Source: Phoronis australis
Lineage: Eukaryota; Animalia; Phoronida
Direction: 5' to 3'
NCBI GenBank assembly: GCA_002633005.1
Contig: NMRA01000444.1
Location: 161,456-225,455 of the forward strand
DNA length: 64,000 nt
Below, in pieces: positions 48,536 through 64,000 of this stretch; within the stretch, counting starts at the first letter, position 1, and each line of letters starts with the position of its first letter. Under the pieces are notes generated by a model. It did no database searches and was not told where the DNA came from. It saw only the letters and a list, made by a program, of their open reading frames with translations. The translations under genes were made by a program, and so were the position numbers.

Positions 48536-50196
48536 CTACAACATACTTGAATTGTGGCATGAATAATTTAATGCAGAAATGTCCTTGGCAAATATACGCC
48601 TGCTTGTTATCACGTGTCACAGTCATATTCTGTTGTGCCACAGTCACTGAATTTTATCATTTTTTTCCGAGACACTTTGTAACAAGTAACAAGTGAATAT
48701 ATTGCTGTAATACCTCAAGTTATGTTTTTGACATGAAAAAAGTCAAAGGAAGGTGTATTGTGTCTTTCAAGAAGTGGAACGGTAAAGACATGTATTCCTT
48801 TACTAGTCACTTTGTTGTGTTGACTGATGGTTGGCAACAGTCCTTGTAAGTACACAATTTTGAGTGTTTGTGTTGCTGAATAAACATCTGCTTTATAACT
48901 GACCATTCTTCATTTTGCCCTCATCAACAAAGTGAAAGCACAGTAGGAGTAAACTGACCAGCACACCATTGTGTATGGAGTTATTAGTCCAGCATTAAAT
49001 CCTAGTGTGGGTTTTGTCACTCACTTAGCAACTCTATTCAGTGACACAGCTCCATATACCTCTGGGCCATACTTGTCGATTATTAAAATCCAGCGCAGCG
49101 CTTATTACCTCACCAACTTCAGATTCTAAACGTTAAAACTTTGTAGCGATGATTTTTCCTCATGAAACACTCAGTGAACTCAATGCACTTCATACTGTTG
49201 TCATGTGTAATTATGAATATTAACTTATTGGATTAAAAACAAGAAGCTAAACATTGATTGAAAGGTGGCGTTCCATGGGGCTTTTAGGGTTATGTGTCAT
49301 TTTCATGGTTTCAGATATGGAATTGTATTGCTGTCATAAAGAAATCCGTGTCCAATTAGCTGGTTCACTAAATGCCTCTTGTGAACCGCTGATCCTATTT
49401 GTATCTACACAAGTGTATTCAGATTGTACATGGTACGATAAGGCCACTAAGTTAAACAGTGGTCCTACTTGTATCTATGTGGGTGTATTCAGACAGTAAG
49501 CATTCTGTAAAATCAGGACTCGCCCATCATTGGCACTACTTGAATTGTTGAAGCTCACATCGGTATATTGGTATCTGTTATTGAATGTTTTATACTTGAA
49601 TGTAAAACAAGTTGGTAATGCTTGTATGTCATTGGATCATTAAATGTGTACTAACTTAATAAAGGAAGTAGTTTCATATCCAATTTATTACTTTTCTGAA
49701 ACAAGACATGTTAAATACAGTACAAAGAAACAACCATAAATGCCGTAGCCATTCCACTGGGTTCATTTCAGAAAAATGTTACTTCTGGTAAATATGCCGA
49801 TGCAATTAATGGTTAACCCAGTTCACAACCCATAATTTACATATATGTTAATGAGCTGGAGCAAAAGGTGCACACCAAAAATAAACGTGGTGATGAGAGT
49901 ATAATATAAAACTCTTCAACCTGGACACACATTATTTGATACAATTTCTCTCCAACAGGCTTATTACATTGTTGCATTTACTCTACACTGGATCAAATAT
50001 TTGGAGGCAGTTGTACAGAGCAAACGACTATAAAAGTAAACTTTTCATAAACTTATTGACTAGACATTTGACGTATACTAATAAACTGAATTTTTACTTA
50101 GTTCCCAAAGACAGTGCAGTCAGTTGTAAGACAAATAAATAATTCTACTCCACACAGCTGTCATTCATACAGACATTACAGAGACAGTGCATCACG

Positions 50197-50283
50197 CAAG
50201 TGTTATCCGTGTGCCAAGTCTCAAACATGATCCATCCTGTGCAGGACTTGAGAGCATGTCTTCATTAATGCACAATACACTTG
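50197..50283 (-). promoter_or_regulatory. SECIS element (type II) in TXNRD2 3' UTR
   Basis: mRNA GUGC..AUGA-AGACAUGCUCUC(12)-AA-GUCCUGCACAGGAU..CAUGUUU(25)-GA..GCAC; helix I, GA quartet, helix II and an apical mini-stem. Confidence 0.88.
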
Positions 50284-50640
50284 GTGATGTACTATCCTTT
50301 ATCCATGCACGTGATGAGGATTTTCTAACACAGAAAACAGGGTAAACAGAAAGGACTCTAAGGACCTGAAGGCTTTTTGGACCATATTTATAAAAACTAG
50401 GGATCGTCGTTCAGATGTCACAGATTAAAATGTATTTATGGGATACAAATGAATTTGAAAAATTAAGCAAAGAACAGGTATAATTACTTGTAAATTTTGG
50501 AGCATTAGAGACTCAACAAAATGACAAGAGATTATTTTAAAACTTATAAAATGGGAAGTATCAAAAATGTGACGTTAAGCACGCCCCATTATACACTAAC
50601 TGAAGCACAATCCTCACCACGTGTGTGGAAACAATTTTCT

Positions 50641-50670
50641 GGGATCAGGCAGTAGTATCTACCTGATCCC
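50641..50670 (-). promoter_or_regulatory. SRE-like stem-loop 9 nt downstream of the Sec UGA
   Basis: GGGAUCAGGUAG-AUACUA-CUGCCUGAUCCC, 12-bp stem with one U-G pair. Confidence 0.55.
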
Positions 50671-50673
50671 TGA

Positions 50674-61614
<10,941 letters not shown>

Positions 61615-62602
61615 GTTTACTCACCGAACTTTCATGTAACTCGAATTACCATTGGTCAACATCGTCCGACATGAAAAACTTACCTTGATTGGTAAATGCA
61701 CTGGAGTATTTGCCGCTTTGTCGATCCTGGCCCTGAGCTGCATGGCCCCGGGCCCGGTTGCAAGGACTCTACACAAATACGTGCTGAATATACTGTGCTC
61801 CCGGTCAATTTTAACTCATTTGTGGTCTCTTTTTGCAAACACGGATTTCTTTTCTAATGCTACTTTATCTTCATTACTAAGTCAAAATAGTAACGACGAC
61901 GCCCGAGCAAACTCTAGGGCCTACTGAGTGAAATGACTCTAGTCGGCTTTCAGTCCGGGCCCCGGCGCAAAGACCATATAATTATACATATATTTTTTAA
62001 ATAAGTAATCAGTTTTCAATTTTGTTTTTGAAAAATGTCATTGATCAAAAAGGAGCTCATGATACGGTAAATTAATGTGAGTAAAGAAAACTTTGAAGAC
62101 ACAGTAGGCCTAACAGTCCGGCGTATATCCACGCCGGAGAAAAACTCGCCTGGTCTCTAGCTACAGCAGTACAGATCTCGGACTGCTATTATGTTTATAA
62201 CTTAGAAAGCGTCAACTTACCCACACCCTCATTATCACTACTAGTGACTAAACATTGGAACTTTAATTTGTACCCAGCCTATAGTATTCTGCATGTACAC
62301 GGTATAAATGAACTTTTTTAACTTAAAGACTTTTCGTTAGAATATAGGCCTACAAAAAACACAAAAAACAGTGTGTGAGATGACATCGACTTTTTCTACA
62401 TCCAGTACCCGGTATTTATGATTTTACAAAATAATAAGTTGATGTGAAGGTGGTGTATGAATACAAAACTTGTAATGATTTTCTGAACCGGCGGCTTTGG
62501 TGATCATGAGTCACTGACTTGGCAAGCTTTTAGTTTCATTCATATTCTTTCCAGAACGTCATGATATTTTCGTAATAGTGGATATAATAGCTTTACAGCT
62601 AT

Positions 62603-62605
<3 letters not shown>

Positions 62606-62633
<28 letters not shown>
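62606..62633. repeat. (TA)n microsatellite
   Basis: Direct reading. Confidence 0.95.
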
Positions 62634-62637
<4 letters not shown>

Positions 62638-64000
62638 ACTATTTCAGTTGCGCAATTACATCCCTGTGTAAGTTGGTTATCAGTGCAGACGTCACTGGTG
62701 TCGTCCATGAACTCCATAGAACAAGACACAACATAATGGCAGACTTTAATAAAGTTGGCAACAGTTGTCAAGAGAATTTTATACATTATTAACCTAAATA
62801 AGCAATCTTGTTCATTCATTATTTATAGTTTTTCATTTGAATGTGTAAACTTAAAATGGTCACTACATTGAATTTAACGGCCAAAGTAAACTAATTCTCC
62901 ATTTTCGTATAAGTATTAAAAGAAACACTCTGAACAAGCTTACTGTACACTTTATATGCATCCCAAAATGAGACTGAAGCTAACCAAGGTGACCTTACAG
63001 CTTAGAAATACGCTGTTGTCGCAATTTTATAAACTAGTTCTTTTGTCATGGTAGAGTGCAACCTCTAAATCCATTTGACATAATCAGGGCGCTTCATTGC
63101 AACCATCATCATATTGTGTTCGATCCCAGACTATGTTTTGGCTATACTTGTTCAGTCAAACGTTCCACAAATGCTTGGTTAACAACATTGAAGTGAACTG
63201 GTCAAATACGCAGTTGAGTCACTTAGTATGGCCCTAATTGTGTATTGCTTCAGTTCCTAGAATCCCATGTACGGTAGTCTGTACCCTGCATGTCTCTTTA
63301 GTAGTTTATTTGTTCTGATAGTGTGGGTTTAATTGTTACCTACAAGTACATCAGCTAGTGACTGAGACTGATTCATATGTGACAGTGGAGAAAAAACCAG
63401 GAGAAATAGATTAGGGAACTTCAGTCCCAAGACAGCACCAAAATATCCCTCCAGCACGTTAAAGCTCCGTCATTAATAGAAGAGAAAATAGCTATGCATG
63501 TACTCAGGGTACCTATAAATAAATGCTCTTCAATTAAGTTTACTAAACATTAACTGAGTGTGCAATCACTAATTGATAATTCATTTGTGTTTTGTTATTG
63601 CCTGTTCTAAATCACCCAGCGTATTTGATTTATTTTATGTAGTTAATGGATTGAAAACAACACAAAAAGTAAATATAGCTCAGTTTGCCTACTGGTACCT
63701 GAAACTTAATTCTTTCTCAAGGAGATCTTATCACGCACAGAGAAGAGGATCAGATGATGGCAAAAAAGTAACGCAAAATGAGGTCCACGCTATGACGACG
63801 AGAAATGGTGGCAAACTCCCAAAGAATTATATCCTCTCTCACAAAGTTTTGATCAGCTATAAAATCGTACTTTTGTTTGATTCTCAGTCACATAACAAAT
63901 CAAAGTATGCCCTGGCCTTAAAAGTGACAATCCCAGGTGGTCATCTGGTTGTTTCCTACTTTTTTATTTTAGATTCTGTTGCAGGGAACACACCTAAAAT

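Noticed and set aside
61684-61770. Alternative coding first exon of TXNRD2 (good GTAAGT donor)
   Set aside because: The frame needed to join exon 2 has no ATG before an in-frame stop; 61524-61614 fits better. It could still be non-coding.

Overview
Metazoan (invertebrate-like; species not identifiable from sequence) genomic window with spliceosomal genes and many transposon relics. Three host genes are supported: an intronless multi-TM DUF229-family gene (-, 11305-13200), head-to-head with a multi-exon FKBP6/shutdown piRNA co-chaperone gene (+, 13851 to ~31084), and a 16-exon mitochondrial thioredoxin reductase TXNRD2 selenoprotein gene (-, 61614-50674). TXNRD2 has a Gly-Cys-Sec(UGA)-Gly C-terminus, a type II SECIS and a 12-bp hairpin 9 nt after the Sec codon. 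Between FKBP6 and TXNRD2 (~35-47 kb) lies a patchwork of truncated Harbinger, THAP/P-like, Copia and Gypsy fragments whose coding relics all lie on the minus strand, resembling a uni-strand piRNA cluster. Also present: an HSE+TATA heat-shock promoter at the left edge, a LINE with TSD in an FKBP6 intron, several MITEs with 5-6 bp TSDs, a probable haplotype duplication and many minisatellites. All exon models were read by eye and are unverified.
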